From: Octopus vulgaris
Taxonomy: Eukaryota
Assembly: GCA_951406725.2 (NCBI GenBank)
Contig: OX597815.1
Span: 88,412,001 to 88,476,000, forward strand
DNA length: 64,000 bases
Direction: 5' to 3'
Part shown: positions 1-14,280 of the stretch, piece by piece
Position numbering within the stretch: the first letter of the stretch is position 1
How the letters are laid out: every line of letters begins with the position of its first letter
Program-made: the position numbers and the translations under genes
Notes under the pieces: generated by a model
What the model saw: only the letters and a program-made list of their open reading frames with translations
Database searches by the model: none
What the model was told of the DNA's origin: nothing

Positions 1-248
1 AAAAAAATATTAATAAGTATTAGTAGTAACAAAAATGGAAAAAGAAAATTTAAAACACTTTGAATAATATGAGAAGACATCAGAGCATTGATAATTTCGA
101 ATAAAATATCTTAACTAAAAAATAGGCTTAACTAAAAATCCCGTTTCCAACAATGGTGCAACTGAAGACTGCCTTCATAACTGTTAAATAGTGGAATTTA
201 TAGGTTATCGGTTTATGTCATGAAGTCGCAAAGGCTTTGCGTATAAGG

Positions 249-701
249 CAGTGGGTCTCAATCTTCTTGTCTCCATGACACATTAGATCAGGGGTTTTAA
301 GACGGTGTGTATATCCCATCGGTGGGACGTGGCTATATTTTGATGCTAGTGGGATACTTCAGAATGGGGGTAGGGTAAATAACTGAATAAAACTCTTGAA
401 ACTCGAGATTAAATAAAAAAATTACTGGCGAACTGGGGATCGAATAATTACTGACTTACATAGCATAAAAGGTAGACAAGAACAATGTTTTAAAGTTAGA
501 AATATACTAAAAATGTGTTACTTTGTTTCATTAAATCTTGAATATGTCCAGCAAAATTGTGAATAACAATTTTTTAAAGATGGTCAAACATTAACATAGA
601 TTTTGTAAAACCTTCAATCATATTTGAAATTCTGATTGCATTTTGAAAATGCTATTAGACACTGTAAGTGACGTACTGCGGCACACAGTTGAGAATAACT
701 G
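249..701. mobile_element. Degenerate hAT/Charlie-like non-autonomous element
   Basis: Left end CAGTGGGTCTCAAT; right end GTTGAGAATAACTG (reverse complement CAGTTATTCTCAAC). Both resemble CAGTGGTTCTCAAC-type TIRs; no 8-bp TSD. Confidence 0.3.
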
Positions 702-1214
702 AGAAAAGATGTCCAAATGTCATATAACGAGCGACATTTATTAAAGTTCGGAAATTTAGCTAAGATCATATGTTGTGAAGATAGACGAGACTATTGATAT
801 TTCGAGTAAAGTCCTTGGTCGGAGTCTAAATGTTAATATCTTCATACCCTGCGCCATATAACCGCACCAAGAACTTTCAACTTTACTCAATGATTTTGTC
901 GATTTAGAATCCTTTTAGTTTTCTCGGACTAATTCTTATTTAATTAGTCAGATGTACGGTTCTGTCTCAACCATATTACTGTCTGATTAGGCAACGAAAT
1001 TAATCCTTCATCCCAATTAACTCATCCTATAACACAAATGAAACACTTTAATCAATAGATAATTGGGTTCTTTTGACTAAGCAAAAATGATTGTACATTT
1101 TTGGGTGCAATTGCAGCAATCACGCCTTTCCCAAGGACAGCAAAAGTACTATTGAAATGAATGAAAACAGTTGTTGATGGTTATTTGCTAAAGAATAAGA
1201 GTCGAAATTCTAAC

Positions 1215-1274
1215 CGTTGCAAGCTCGAATCGCTCCATCATACACATATGAAGAGCAATCTTTGGACAAGTCGC
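1215..1274 (-). CDS. Candidate 60-nt exon, phase 1/1: (G)DLSKDCSSYVYDGAIRACN
   Basis: Acceptor cttctggttacAG and donor acg|GTTAGA; open in phase 1 and compatible with the 16315-16374 exon. Splice signals are only moderate and phase 0 is also open. Confidence 0.35.
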
Positions 1275-2453
1275 CTGTAACCAGAAGTTGGATTGGATTC
1301 AGTATTAATCATCACAATTGAAGTGAACAACATATTTAAACAAAGCCTTGAAAAAATTCTTAGAAAAAACCGTAAAAGACAAAAAAACACAATAAGAACA
1401 TAAATTTGGCTTTGTTTGGAAATGTTAAAAAAATTAATTTAAAAAAAAATAAATATAAAGAAATAAACTCTTGTCCAATTTCTATAGGAAGATATTTTCT
1501 TTCAGTTTTGAATGAACCCGAAACAACAAGAACTACAACAAAATGTATGTATTTAGAAATGTCATTTCTGTTTAGTTTGAAATCATTAGAAGTAAAGTTA
1601 TAAAATGGAGAACAAATGGATAAATCATAAACAACAATAACAAACTCGACCATAAAACATCGGCAGTATTACAACAACGATGACAACATCATCAACAGTG
1701 CAAACACAGGAACAATAATAACGACGACGACGGGAATAAGCCTGAAATAGAAATTGTTATAATAGAAAGGAAACAAAAAATGGGAAAATAATTCAAGCGA
1801 TTCGAAAAATAAGACTGAACGTGTCAAAAAATACTTGAGATACACTTTGAAAGAAACAACAACAACCAACGACAATAACCACAATTATAACAACAAAAAT
1901 TGCTATTTATGCATTTTGCATCAACTTATATGTTTGAATAATAATAATAGATAATAATAATAATAATAAAAGGCAAAACGAAAAAGAGAAATATTCCATT
2001 AATATACTTGCATTTTTTATAAAAAAATATATTGTTTTATATTTTATTTCCATTTTACATTCTTTGTTTCATAATTGATACTAGGTTATTGTTTGAATTA
2101 TAGAATAAAATAAAGAATAAAAAAAAACACCCTCCAACAAAACATCAAATTAGAAAATAAAGGATAACTAATGGCGTTAATAAAAATAAATAAATAAGTT
2201 AGCAAGGTATGATACAAAAGCCACGTTCTTTGTGTTGCCGTTTTTTTCATCCTTTCCCTCTCACCATTCTTCTCCCTTCCACACACTTCGCGGAAATTAG
2301 CTTCATTCACTACTTTGCGCGCTTTTACCACCGCCAACAACATATCACATAAACATTTATATAAAAAAAATGGCGCTTCTTTGAGTGCCATTTCCTCTAT
2401 TTAGTTGTTTGTCTGTGTAGGAGGAGCCAGGAACCACGAGCCAGAGGCGTATG

Positions 2454-2459
<6 letters not shown>

Positions 2460-2525
<66 letters not shown>
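2460..2525. repeat. Compound (TA)n(GA)n microsatellite
   Basis: Direct reading. Confidence 0.95.
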
Positions 2526-2528
<3 letters not shown>

Positions 2529-4689
2529 CAATGCACTTAGTAAAAACAACAAAAGTTAAATTAGCACTATAGTACGAATAGTATAAGTAATAAATAAACA
2601 TCGTTTCGAAATGGAGTGTGTCCTAGAAGTAAGGCGATATATGAACATGCATTATATACGAAACCCTGGAAGATTTATTGGACACGATATGTAACTTTTC
2701 AGTGGTATACCAGCAAAGAAGCTATGCATATGATCGACTCAGTAATCAAGCAAGCAGTCAAATTCTTCTCAAGTCAAGTCTCCAGTAGAACTACAAATGT
2801 TCGAATTAAGTAAAGAACTAAAAGAATGCGCAAACCTATAAATATCCAGATAATATAGCTAGAACAATCACAGAAACATGATAATCTCTGAATGGTCTAT
2901 GTTAAGTCTTTGGTTGGCTATCTCTGTGGAATAAGCCTGCTATAGAATAACTGCATCGGAACTTATTCCTATTTTCTAGCGACACTAGCTGTTATTGGAC
3001 ATAATACAAATAGGACCGAAACACTAGCAATAAGAACTTTCCTTCAGGCAAAAGTTATTATAGAAAAAAAGGAATTCACTGGTAAAAACCGCAAATATGT
3101 AATTGACTAGATTAAAGCTTATGCCATATCAACTTATATAACGATATCAATATCAAGAGAAGATCCTGAAATCTATTTAGACTATTGGTTATCAACCGGG
3201 GTCCTTATGACCCTTGGGAGATCATATAAAATTTTGCAGTTAGAATTTCTGTGCAATAAATTGATTATACTTCAACAATAAACTAAATATTTTAATAAAT
3301 TTGTATATAATACCTAATAATATCCAATTATAAAAATATGACAGGGTTTTTTAAGCATCAAATGGATCTCCGTTCAAGAAAATAGGAAATATATAAATAT
3401 TCATAAATGAATGCGAGAGATACAGACAAGTGCTTTCAGAACTTGTCGAGCGAAAATAAATTCAATAAAAATAATTCGATAAATCACAAGCGATTTTCGG
3501 TAAAGCTTTTGAAGAAAATGGTTTATTTAGGAACTTTCTCTGGAAAGTTTCCGAAATTTGAACTGGGGAAAATGGAGTTCGATGCCCTTGTAATAACAGT
3601 TGGTCTAAAATTGATAGTCTGAAAGCCAACCTTAGAATTGGACAAAATTCTTGGCATCTATTCAAGCAGTCATGTTATAAGTACATCCTTCCCAGAAAAA
3701 AAATGTCTCCAACATTGGTACACAACTGATAGTGCTTTATAAATCTCATGTGACAATATAAAGCTGCATAGCAACAAGGATGAAAACTAAAAAAACTAAC
3801 TTAACGAAATAACTTTTGTATGCTAATTCCTGCTGTGTTTGGTCGGTTTCCTTTCGTCAATTAACAAAAATAGTTAGTTGAAAAAAAGTAGGAACTGTGT
3901 TACAACTTTTAACTCCGATCACTAGATTAATTAAACTGTTTCCGCCACACATAATTTATAACGATTTTCATATTGTATTCAAATTCGTATTACCAATAAG
4001 TAATACAAAATGATATTACAAATGAGCAAGTACGCAAGGGAAGAACAGCAAAGGAAGAAGACAAACAGACACGTAAGCATTTTCGCGCAGACACGCATTC
4101 CAAAAAATAAAAAAAGAAGAAATGGTTTATTTCCATCATTTAAACTTAATTTCTTTCCCCAGTGACTCAAGTTCCGCGCCATTGTTGTTTTCAGGCGAGG
4201 GATTTTAAAAATTCAGTTCGTACTTTTACGCAGATTGGAATGTATGGTTATCTTTTTCATTAATCGTTTTCAAATATAATTTTATATAGATTATTTTTTA
4301 ATGTTTTGGGAGTCTTGTCCGAATCTATAGTTTGTGTTGTATGATCTCTGATGGCGTCTTATTTTTTCTAGGGCGTTTGACTATAATTATGTTATGTTTA
4401 TATAACATCTTTTATGAGAGTTATAATGCTGTATAGTATTTGTCCTTTATCTCTTTATTACAGGATCGAGCTATACAGTTCTTATATCTAACTTTTATTT
4501 TGCAGAATTATTTTTACTCTCATCAGAAAGTTTGATTTTAAGAATTTGAACTTTCCGAGCTCTAATCTGCTGTTATTCTATATTGTTGGCTTATACTAGC
4601 GTCTCTTCACCCATTGGATATGTAAGATTAAAAAAAAAAGACGTGATACAGTCAATATGTAAAGAAAGATATTTTAAAAATTAAAACTT

Positions 4690-4755
<66 letters not shown>

Positions 4756-4764
4756 TACACACAT

Positions 4765-5390
4765 ACTAGCTGTTGGACCTGGCGTTGCTCGTGTTTTCCG
4801 TGAAGTAAGGCCCACCTCTGACCTTGTATTAAAATCTTCTTAAAAATCGATAGAATAGTCCGTGAAAAAAGCTGATACACGCTTGTGCCCTTCCGATTCC
4901 TCTGGAATTAAATTAAAAGCTTTACCGTTTCCCCTACCACAAAATTTACCTAAATCTCAAATTTCATTTAAAATCGGATAAAAAATGTAAAAGTTACGGC
5001 CAAAAATAAAACCCATATGGGCATTTGCACGCAAAAAGCCTACTGATTTTATAAAAACCACTGCTCAGGTGCACTTATCGATTTTTTGTCAACGCCATAT
5101 ACTGACATCAACTCACTGCCATGAGCCTCGCTCACTTATAGATTTTCATAAAAATCGGACATAAAATTCAAAAGCTGCAGGAAAAATGACATCGTTATGG
5201 GAATTTCCATTCAAACGCCCGGTTGAGCTCATAAAAATCGATGTCAACTGAGCATTATCGGGTTTTTGAAAAATTCTGGCCTTATTTGAAATTTCAGGGC
5301 ATGTGATCTAGCTATGTGCCAAAAATCATAAAAATCGGTTGGACGGTGTGTGAGGAGTTAGAGTAACCCCAAACACACTCACAGACAGAC
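4765..5390 (+). mobile_element. Helitron/Helentron-like non-autonomous element (Lep1/DINE-like layout)
   Basis: Starts ACTAGCTG..CCTGGCGTTGCTCG, has internal ~180-bp subrepeats (4962-5087 vs 5143-5268) and a TGTGCCAAAAATCAT..AATCGGTT motif, then runs into (CA)n. Same layout as 11842-12221. Confidence 0.55.
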
Positions 5391-5699
<309 letters not shown>

Positions 5700-5789
5700 A
5701 CTAAGCTCCCCCATCAGAATGCCACAAACCTTATGGAATCTCTTCTTTAGTTCTCAGGTTTTCAAACACACGTATTATATGGTAATCTG

Positions 5790-8700
5790 TATTGAAGTAG
5801 TTGTTTTTAGAAGCGATTTAGTTTCGGACGGATTTAGAATTCTTGTAAAGTATCTTTCTTTTGCCTCTTGGTAATTTTCTCCCCTTTATTTTGAAAGCAG
5901 GTAATATTTTGAATATTTTTCATTTGCACAAATATCAGCTGTTCACTTCAAGGAACAATCCTAAGAGATAATCTTTGATCTGTTGTTTAAGTACTCTCTA
6001 TATATTAATTTTGTTCCAGTTTGGCCAATATTCCCATGTGAGCTTGTAATGCAGCAGATGAAATTATTTTTTTTTGCAATTCAAATTTGCATTCACCTTC
6101 AGTTCCTTTCCTTCTTTGATTTTGCCCTGTTCATTTAATTAGCATGTCCCACAACGAGTGTCTTCACACTTTGTTACCATCATTATGTCTTCTTTTGATG
6201 TAAATTGCGCCTTTGCTAGCAGTCAAAGTAGTTGGTGGCTGTCTTCGGCAGTTAATAATTTGTGACTCTTTGATTATTCTTCTGATGATTAAAATTGGAC
6301 GGTATGTTATGGTTTCTAGGATTATGTGTGACTACAAAATAGAATACTCCAACGTTTTGTCTTCTCCTTTATTGTAAGGGTTTCTCCATAAGTCAGAGAC
6401 TGAAATTTTTTTGTTTTTGTTATGGCATGATTTACTAAGATTTTCGAGTATTTTTGTTTCTGAAGGTATACTTTTAGCTCTACCAGTCGTCTCTCTCGCC
6501 AACTTGAGTTCGTAACAATTGATCATATACATCTTGCCATCTTAAATGAGATATTTCTTTTACTGTAGGATTGGCAACAAGATCTAAAGTCTAAATATTA
6601 GTGCGTGTTTTGGTCTCCGCAGTAGAAATAAGTTATAACAGTCTCATTTTTCTAAATTACCAAAATGACCCCCAAAAGGAAGTTCCATTCTTTCCCATTG
6701 TGATCTATCAAAGCTATTTACTCATTTCAAGAATCTTGCAAGGTCTTCTTTATTTCTGTTCCAAAATATAAAACACTAATTCAGGAACCTTTTCCAGTTT
6801 TCTTTTAATTCGGATTAGAAATGCTAATCAAAAGTAATCCTAGAACGGGTATAAATATTTTTCGTCAAGGAATTCTATCACTATTGTTGGAATCTTAAGT
6901 GCTTTCATGTCCACTGACCAGCCCACTTTTATTTGAAGGCAATATTAGTAATCTAAGAAGCAGTTATTTTCTGGCACCAATTGTAATATTTCTAGTATTC
7001 TGAGATTTTTCCCGAATTGTGTGTGGGTATTTTCCTATCCAGAATACTATTTCCAGTGGATTCTAAATTGTGTGTAGGCATTTGTGTACTCAGAATTCTA
7101 CGGCTTCCTGTTCTAATCCATGGGGAATATTTCTGTAGAGGGGACATGTCGATATTAATCAGTATCATCTATATAGTAACTCTTTCTAGAACGTAGTTTA
7201 AAAGTCCACGCCATCCCTGATAAAACTAGGAATCAATTTGCATAATGGTTTCAAAGTTTGGCCCTGTAATTTTCTTGCTTAATAAGTGGGTGTTTGATGC
7301 TGGTCCTGCAGCAGCAGGCGTAATTTTAAAGCAGATGGTTTGAGAATCTTTACATATGATATATGGAGTGCTTTAAGGTGCTATAAATTTCTTTAAATTT
7401 ACGAATATTCCGTTGTCCATAAAAGTTACTTGTTTTTACCTTAAAATTAGGTATTCCAACTTCTTTCCTATTAAATTGTTGTTGAATTTGTCCGTTAATT
7501 TATAACTTTTGTTCATTGTTTATCTGCATTGATTCCAAATTTTGTTTTGTAGAAATGTTGGTCATTTACCTGTTCTAAGGTCATTTCTCTGTAATAGGTC
7601 TTGTCCATTATTACAACAATTCCTCCTTAGCTTCCATAGATATTCCGATGCATTTTGCTCTTCATTAGTAATGTTTCAGTTTACCGATCTTTTCAGATAC
7701 ATGCATTTCTCTAATACTGATTATTTGATTTCGTTCCAGTGTTTTTCGTTATTCTTTTTTTTTTTTACTTTTTACAAGTCATGGATCTTCGTAATCTTTC
7801 CTCTGGAAGAACTATCGTAGACAAAACTCTTTAATAAGATCTGTTGTACATTATTTACATTTGACGGATATTTGTCCTCATCTTGTTTGTTGTTAACACA
7901 ACGTTTCGGCTGATAAACCCTCGAACATGGGTTCTCATTCCTAAGGTATTTTTCGATATTATTATTATTATTATTATTATTCAGGTCACTACCTGGAATC
8001 GAACTCGGAATCTTGGGGTTAGTAGTCCACGCTCTTAACCACTACTCCATATGCCCAAGACACCTGAAGGCTGGAGGGTATATCAGCCGAGGCGTTGTGT
8101 TAACAACGAACAAGATGAGGACAAATATCCGTCAAATGTAAATAATGTATATAATTCCTCATCTCTTAAATATAGAACGGTAAGATCTGTTGTGTTAGAT
8201 TTTGGAATTGGTGTGAATTTAAGTCCGTAATCTGAAAGTTTTATTTCAGCTTTCACGAGGTTTCGTTGTGACAAATTTATTACGTTTGGATCGGTTGGTT
8301 CAGTATTTTTCACATCTTTACATCATTAATATTTGCTTTTGTTTGGAAGCCTTGCTCTCTAAAAAGAACTTTTGTTTTGTGAGTCATTGTACTTTTTCTA
8401 TTTGCTGGAAGGATGGCTTGTGGTTGTTAATATGTCTAGTATTATTGTCATACCATCTTCCATGGTATGATGACTTGTTTTTAGTAGATTTACATTATTT
8501 TCTTTGGCTTGACCGTCTATTTTAGCCTGTTTTTCGATTGTTATTGTTTACATTTTATGGTAGTTGAATCTGTTTTGGTATGAATTATTGAATTTCGGTC
8601 CATTTTTGATTACTTCTGCATATGAAAGGTTACGGGTTGTCGCCCTTCAATTATTTCTTGATCTGACTTGTAAATTATGATGGAGTTATGGTTCCTTCTG

Positions 8701-9170
8701 TTATTGCCAAGTTGTGTGTTTTAAAAATTTTTATGTTTTATTTTTAGTTTTCTCTAATTCTATTCCGTAATTGGCTTCATACGCCTGTAACCACAGATTT
8801 TCGATTCTAGTATTTTGATTTCGTTTCATTTTTTTGTTTATCGATTTTCCATAAATCTAATTGTTCTCGTATCTTTCCATTTGTTCTTTCCCAGAGTTCC
8901 TCCAGCATTATGGCGTCATATTTTTCCTTGGTTTTGCATTTAGGTACTCGAAGTCGTAGCAGATGATTTCTGCTTCGAATTATTGAAGTGTGAGGTGTTT
9001 TCTGATTTTAGTTTCCTTTTCTGGTTCTGATCTTCGGTTTTTCCATTTTCGTATACATCTGCCAGATTGTTTTCTTTGATTTAATATTCCATATCTTCCT
9101 CACCTGGTTCCTCATTTTGTATGTTTCATTCTTCAAAATGAGCTGCATTCTCTTTCTTAAATATATTTTG
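5790..9170 (-). mobile_element. Near full-length decayed Penelope-like retroelement (RT + GIY-YIG endonuclease)
   Basis: Minus-strand motifs in PLE order: VINLS..EIKL..GLKFTPIP (8200-8290), AGPASNTH (~7290-7320), LYRNIPHGLEQEAVEF (~7095-7140), THNPRNH (~6310-6330), RRQPP, VTKCEDTRCGTC (~6145-6180), ICCIT..NIGQTGTKL (~6005-6060), EAKERYF (~5850). Many stops and frameshifts. Confidence 0.85.
7848..8180 (-). mobile_element. Non-autonomous retroelement with tRNA-derived head and hammerhead-type module, inserted in the Penelope ORF
   Basis: 13-bp TSD TAAGATCTGTTGT at 7835-7847 and 8181-8193; removing the insert restores the PLE frame (SNTTDL|IKEFCLR). Pol III A box TGGAGTAGTGG and B box GAGTTCGATTCC at ~8056-7984. 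76-bp inverted arms at 7847-7922 and 8074-8149. Confidence 0.85.
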
Positions 9171-10010
9171 AGCAACGTCAGTAAGATGAACTGTCTTGTT
9201 GCCTCAGCAACCAAGATCATGTCTGGTCTCAACGAGGACTAGATGATATATGATCGGAATTTCGAATGCTTCACAAGATCAAATTTCGTCGCTTAGTCAT
9301 GTGCCGTGGAAAGCAAACCATCGGAGCAGATCTCGAGTCTTTTCTTTAGCAGCGTTCTCTCCTTAACTGGTTGTAATGTGGACATTTTCACTGTTGCTAA
9401 TTTTCTGTCGATTACTCTACGGTGGTCTTGAGGGGCTTGTAATGTCTCTAGTGTCTCCAGTACCTTGGAGCAGCTGCTTAAGATGTGTTGGATTGTCCCT
9501 GTTTTAGAACACTGAGGCATGCGGTTATTTTCATTATTCCCTACATAAACAGATTGGATGGTTGGGAAGGATATCTTAAACTCGTGAATCACGGATTTAT
9601 CTTCAGGGGATTTCACACTCAAATGTCCTATCAGGTAAAACTTCGCACCCTCGCTCGTTTCCATTTCGTTACCACTATGCTGCTTACCCATACTCTCTCC
9701 AGCGAAGCTCGCGTCTCTTCCTTTTCTAGGTTCAATCTCTTCAATCTTGTCGGTCGTATCATGCGTAGTCATTGCACTATCAAGTCTAGTGCGATAGTGA
9801 AATAAGAAGAACTGCTAGGTCACAAGTTTGTAAAATCAGAGGAATTCTTGTGTACCACGTGGGATACAAATATGCCAGTTTCAGAACCTTTGGTTTAAGC
9901 GATTCAGCTGACTCGAGGATTTTAGATTTGCATGTTTGTCTTTTCTCGGGTCACTAGTTTTAGTAACAGTCTGCCATGCTAAAGTGATCCGGTAGCATGT
10001 ATCATGCTAC
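9170..10010 (-). mobile_element. Decayed HERO-clade (R2 group, RLE) non-LTR retrotransposon fragment
   Basis: Zinc knuckle remnant PQCSKTGTIQHILSSCSKVL, then GLLSTAHD, then LRPDMILVAEATRQFILL (PD-(D/E)xK RLE), typical of HERO C-termini. Covers ORFs 9293-9772 and part of 9008-9232. Confidence 0.75.
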
Positions 10011-10099
10011 CTCTAATTGTTTCCGGTGCCTATGTAATTACGAACAGACATATACTGTCTCGAGTATCTTTGACCCAGCGGAAAACCAAGGAAGCAACT

Positions 10100-10140
<41 letters not shown>

Positions 10141-10149
10141 GATGCACCA

Positions 10150-10280
10150 GCTCTCGGTGTTTTTCAGTTAAATGTATAGACGTGCCATACTCACGATTAC
10201 AACGCACCACCCAGTCTAGGAATCGATCTCCCAACCTAAAAATTGCTTGATCAACTCCCAAATTTCTCGGCCACGCACTT
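10150..10280 (-). mobile_element. Decayed tRNA-derived SINE head
   Basis: B-box-like GATCGATTCC on the minus strand; resembles the head of the SINE at 48927-49181. Confidence 0.4.
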
Positions 10281-11641
10281 GAATGTATATATATATATAA
10301 CTTAGTTTCTGTCATCGGATTGAGGCTATTCTAAGGCACCAACTTTCAAAGGATTGGTCAGTCATATCGACATTATAGATATTTCAGTCTGATATTTATT
10401 TTATCGAAATATTTGTCGAACCTCTAAATTACGGGACGGAGAACACAACATAAACAACACCAAAACACACACACATAAAAATTCAATTCTCCTCAGTCAA
10501 ATTAAACAAAAACTACATTGAACTTAGAGTACTTGACACATTAGTACTAACATCGTAGGACTTGGTAAGAAGATACGAATCGACATTAAAACCGTTTTTC
10601 GAATATGCACGCTATCGAAACTGTCATTTTCATCAATAGTTTCTCTTCGACCTATAAAAAAAAAATCCAAAATATTCTTCACAGCAGTATTAAATTATGT
10701 TTGTATATTAACGAATCATTTAATTGTTCGCAGCGTTTCACAAACTAACCATGCATTTGCAAATTAAGCTGTAATCTTAATTGCTATATATGCTATAAAA
10801 ATAAATAAATAATAAACTGACGAGTTTGTTTCACACAGAGTTGAAATATAGAGTCGAAGATGAAGTGTTTCACTACGACAATATGTTACCAATGTTATCC
10901 ATTAGTAAATAATTTATTTATTTCATTGATGCCAGAAGGAGGAGGAGAATTGGGAGTCACATGTTTATGATTCTCTACTATCCCCTGACCCAAAGATGTT
11001 AGTAGCAGGTTCGAGAACGAGTAAGGCATGCCTTTGTGTAACATCACTCAATATTGCTAGCTTAAAAAAAAAAAAAAAAAACATTTTATCATAATGGTGG
11101 ATGGTGCTTACTTTTGGCGCCTGTTGAGAACTAGATGAACGGGCCAATCTGAGATAATTTTCAACTAATAGTATCTCTTTAATCGTTAGGGTGCTCGACT
11201 CGTCAGCCACGACAGCATGGCTCAACTCCTAGTAGATGTTGTATTTACACTTTTTGCAAAAGAACTATATTTGCAATATATGTGTGCAACACACGGATAT
11301 GAATAAAAGCCTCGCAAAAATAATGAAGTTATTTCTTTTGCAGAGTGATCAAACAATGAGAAAAAGATCCAGTTTACAACAATAATATGATACACAAGTA
11401 CAACTAAACCGAATTGAAATAATTGCATAATATATTCTATATCTTATCTGGAAACGATCGTGTTTCTAGGATATTTGTGTTCATGATGTTTTGACTGTAT
11501 TCATACATCATCACTTTCTACACCACGATATATAAGCATTAAAATCCTCATATGACTCCTTATTACCTCACCGATGAAACCACACGCGCTCAAAAGAAAA
11601 ACGTTTGTGCCCGGTGAAGGTTTAAAATAGATGCATTTATA

Positions 11642-12525
<884 letters not shown>

Positions 12526-13124
12526 AGAGATTTATTTCAAGGTGTTGTTTGATTCTATTTCTACCTGTCTCTTCGTTTTAGTGGGGTGGTGGTGGATATG
12601 GTTGACTATTTAAGGAGGTCGATTCACAAGCAGAGGTCCCCGTTCGACGTCACTAAGAACTTCTTGGTTAAATATTTATAGCCTCGGGTCTTCTGTGTGA
12701 CACTGGGTAGAGGGGAAACTATAAAGGCTCGCTGGAGAGATTGCACCTTTATTTCAAAGCGAACAGTCTTGTTACTGTGTCACACTGGTAGGGCCAGAAA
12801 ATAATGTTAAGAGTATATCTATCAATCTGTAGAATGTTCAGCCACTTGCACGTTAACTTAGAGAGGTAATTTAGTTGATTGTACAACTGAATCCTCATTG
12901 TCGAAATCAACGGACGACGACGACGACAACCACACACACACACTGGTCACAGAGGTTTCTGTGTTTTGTACATCGGTCGATGACTGATACAGTTATCAAG
13001 ACAAAGTTCTGTACTAAAATGCTTGCCACTAAGTATGATCAAGCATATTTATGTCGTATATTTGTGGCTTGCATTCTGTTTCACTCTATAGATAATGTCA
13101 CAATTCCAAATAATTCATAATTTA

Positions 13125-13302
13125 CCGTATTTTAACGTGTATAAGGAACCCTCATGTATAAGGAAACCCCTAATCTTTGAGGCTTAAAATTTGGAAAAAA
13201 GGGTTTGTAAGGGATTATAATACTATCCATGTATAAGAAACTCCCTTATTCTTTTAACCTAATTTTTGACAAAAAGGGTTCCTTATATACGTTAAAATAC
13301 AG
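13125..13302. mobile_element. Tc1/mariner-superfamily (pogo-like) MITE
   Basis: TIRs CCGTATTTTAACGTGTATAAGGAACCC and GGGTTCCTTATATACGTTAAAATACAG, with TA on both flanks. Confidence 0.85.
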
Positions 13303-14280
13303 TATATAAACATTTGTTTAGCGCTTTTGATGCGAGCTATATCGCTAAGAGGTTTTTTATTATGTACCCTGTTAAACACACACACACACGTGTATGTTGT
13401 AGATGATTCTCCATCCGCAAAACACACAACTTTTAATATACGTGTATGTGTGTGTGTGTGTGTGTGTAAAAATTGTTTTGACTAGCTTGATAGAGCCTAA
13501 CAGAATAAAAACAAACTTTTTTCGGTCAATTTGCGGCAGCAGGATATTGTGGTGATGGTGTAGTGGGGTAATTTGATTCTGTTTGACAGAATATGCGATG
13601 GTGTGGAACAAAGTTTATTGGCTAAACAAAAGAGCGTAAAGCTCTACAGCTTACATCATATAGCCGTTACTTTCAGATGTCTTCCGAGCGATACTTTTGT
13701 CTATGTATGTATCTATCTTTTTATTTTTGAAAATTTTCTGAGGGTGCCTTTTGCATGAAGAATATATAGTTATGTGCAAACTATCATATTTAAAGAGATG
13801 AGCTGAAAATAATTTTTAATCAAATGAAATAACCGTAATAAGAAATGCCATGAAAATTCTCTTAAAAGGCATTACGGAAAGAACTACTTGACAAAAAATT
13901 GATATGTAAATGGAAAATGGGTGTGGTCTTGGCAGCTTTGAGTGAAATTTGCTTCGTTGAGGAAGTCTAATAAAACTGAAACATATCTAAAGTTACCACC
14001 ATATTTGCCAAAGAGCAAACTCCTTCCTTTTGTATATCTTCAATGAAATTCCGTGCAATTTCTGGAATTCCTTACCTTGCACTTTTTCGTTGTATTTTTC
14101 GCTAACGCTAATGATATCTGGTTAATTGTATGCATTTCAGTTCATTAAATATAGTTTAGGCATTACACCTTAAGTATGGTTGGCTGAACTTAACGAAATA
14201 ACATGCGTGCGTGCGTGCGTGCGTGCATGCATGCCCACATACATACATACATACATACATACATACATACATACATACAT

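Noticed and set aside
7984-8056. tRNA gene
   Set aside because: It has A/B boxes but poor cloverleaf pairing and lies inside a TSD-flanked insert, so it is a SINE head. The heads at 11642 and 49181 are the same case.
14077-14119. Possible ~42-nt minus-strand phase-1 exon (IISVSEKYNEKVQ)
   Set aside because: The donor is good but the acceptor lacks a pyrimidine tract; support is insufficient.
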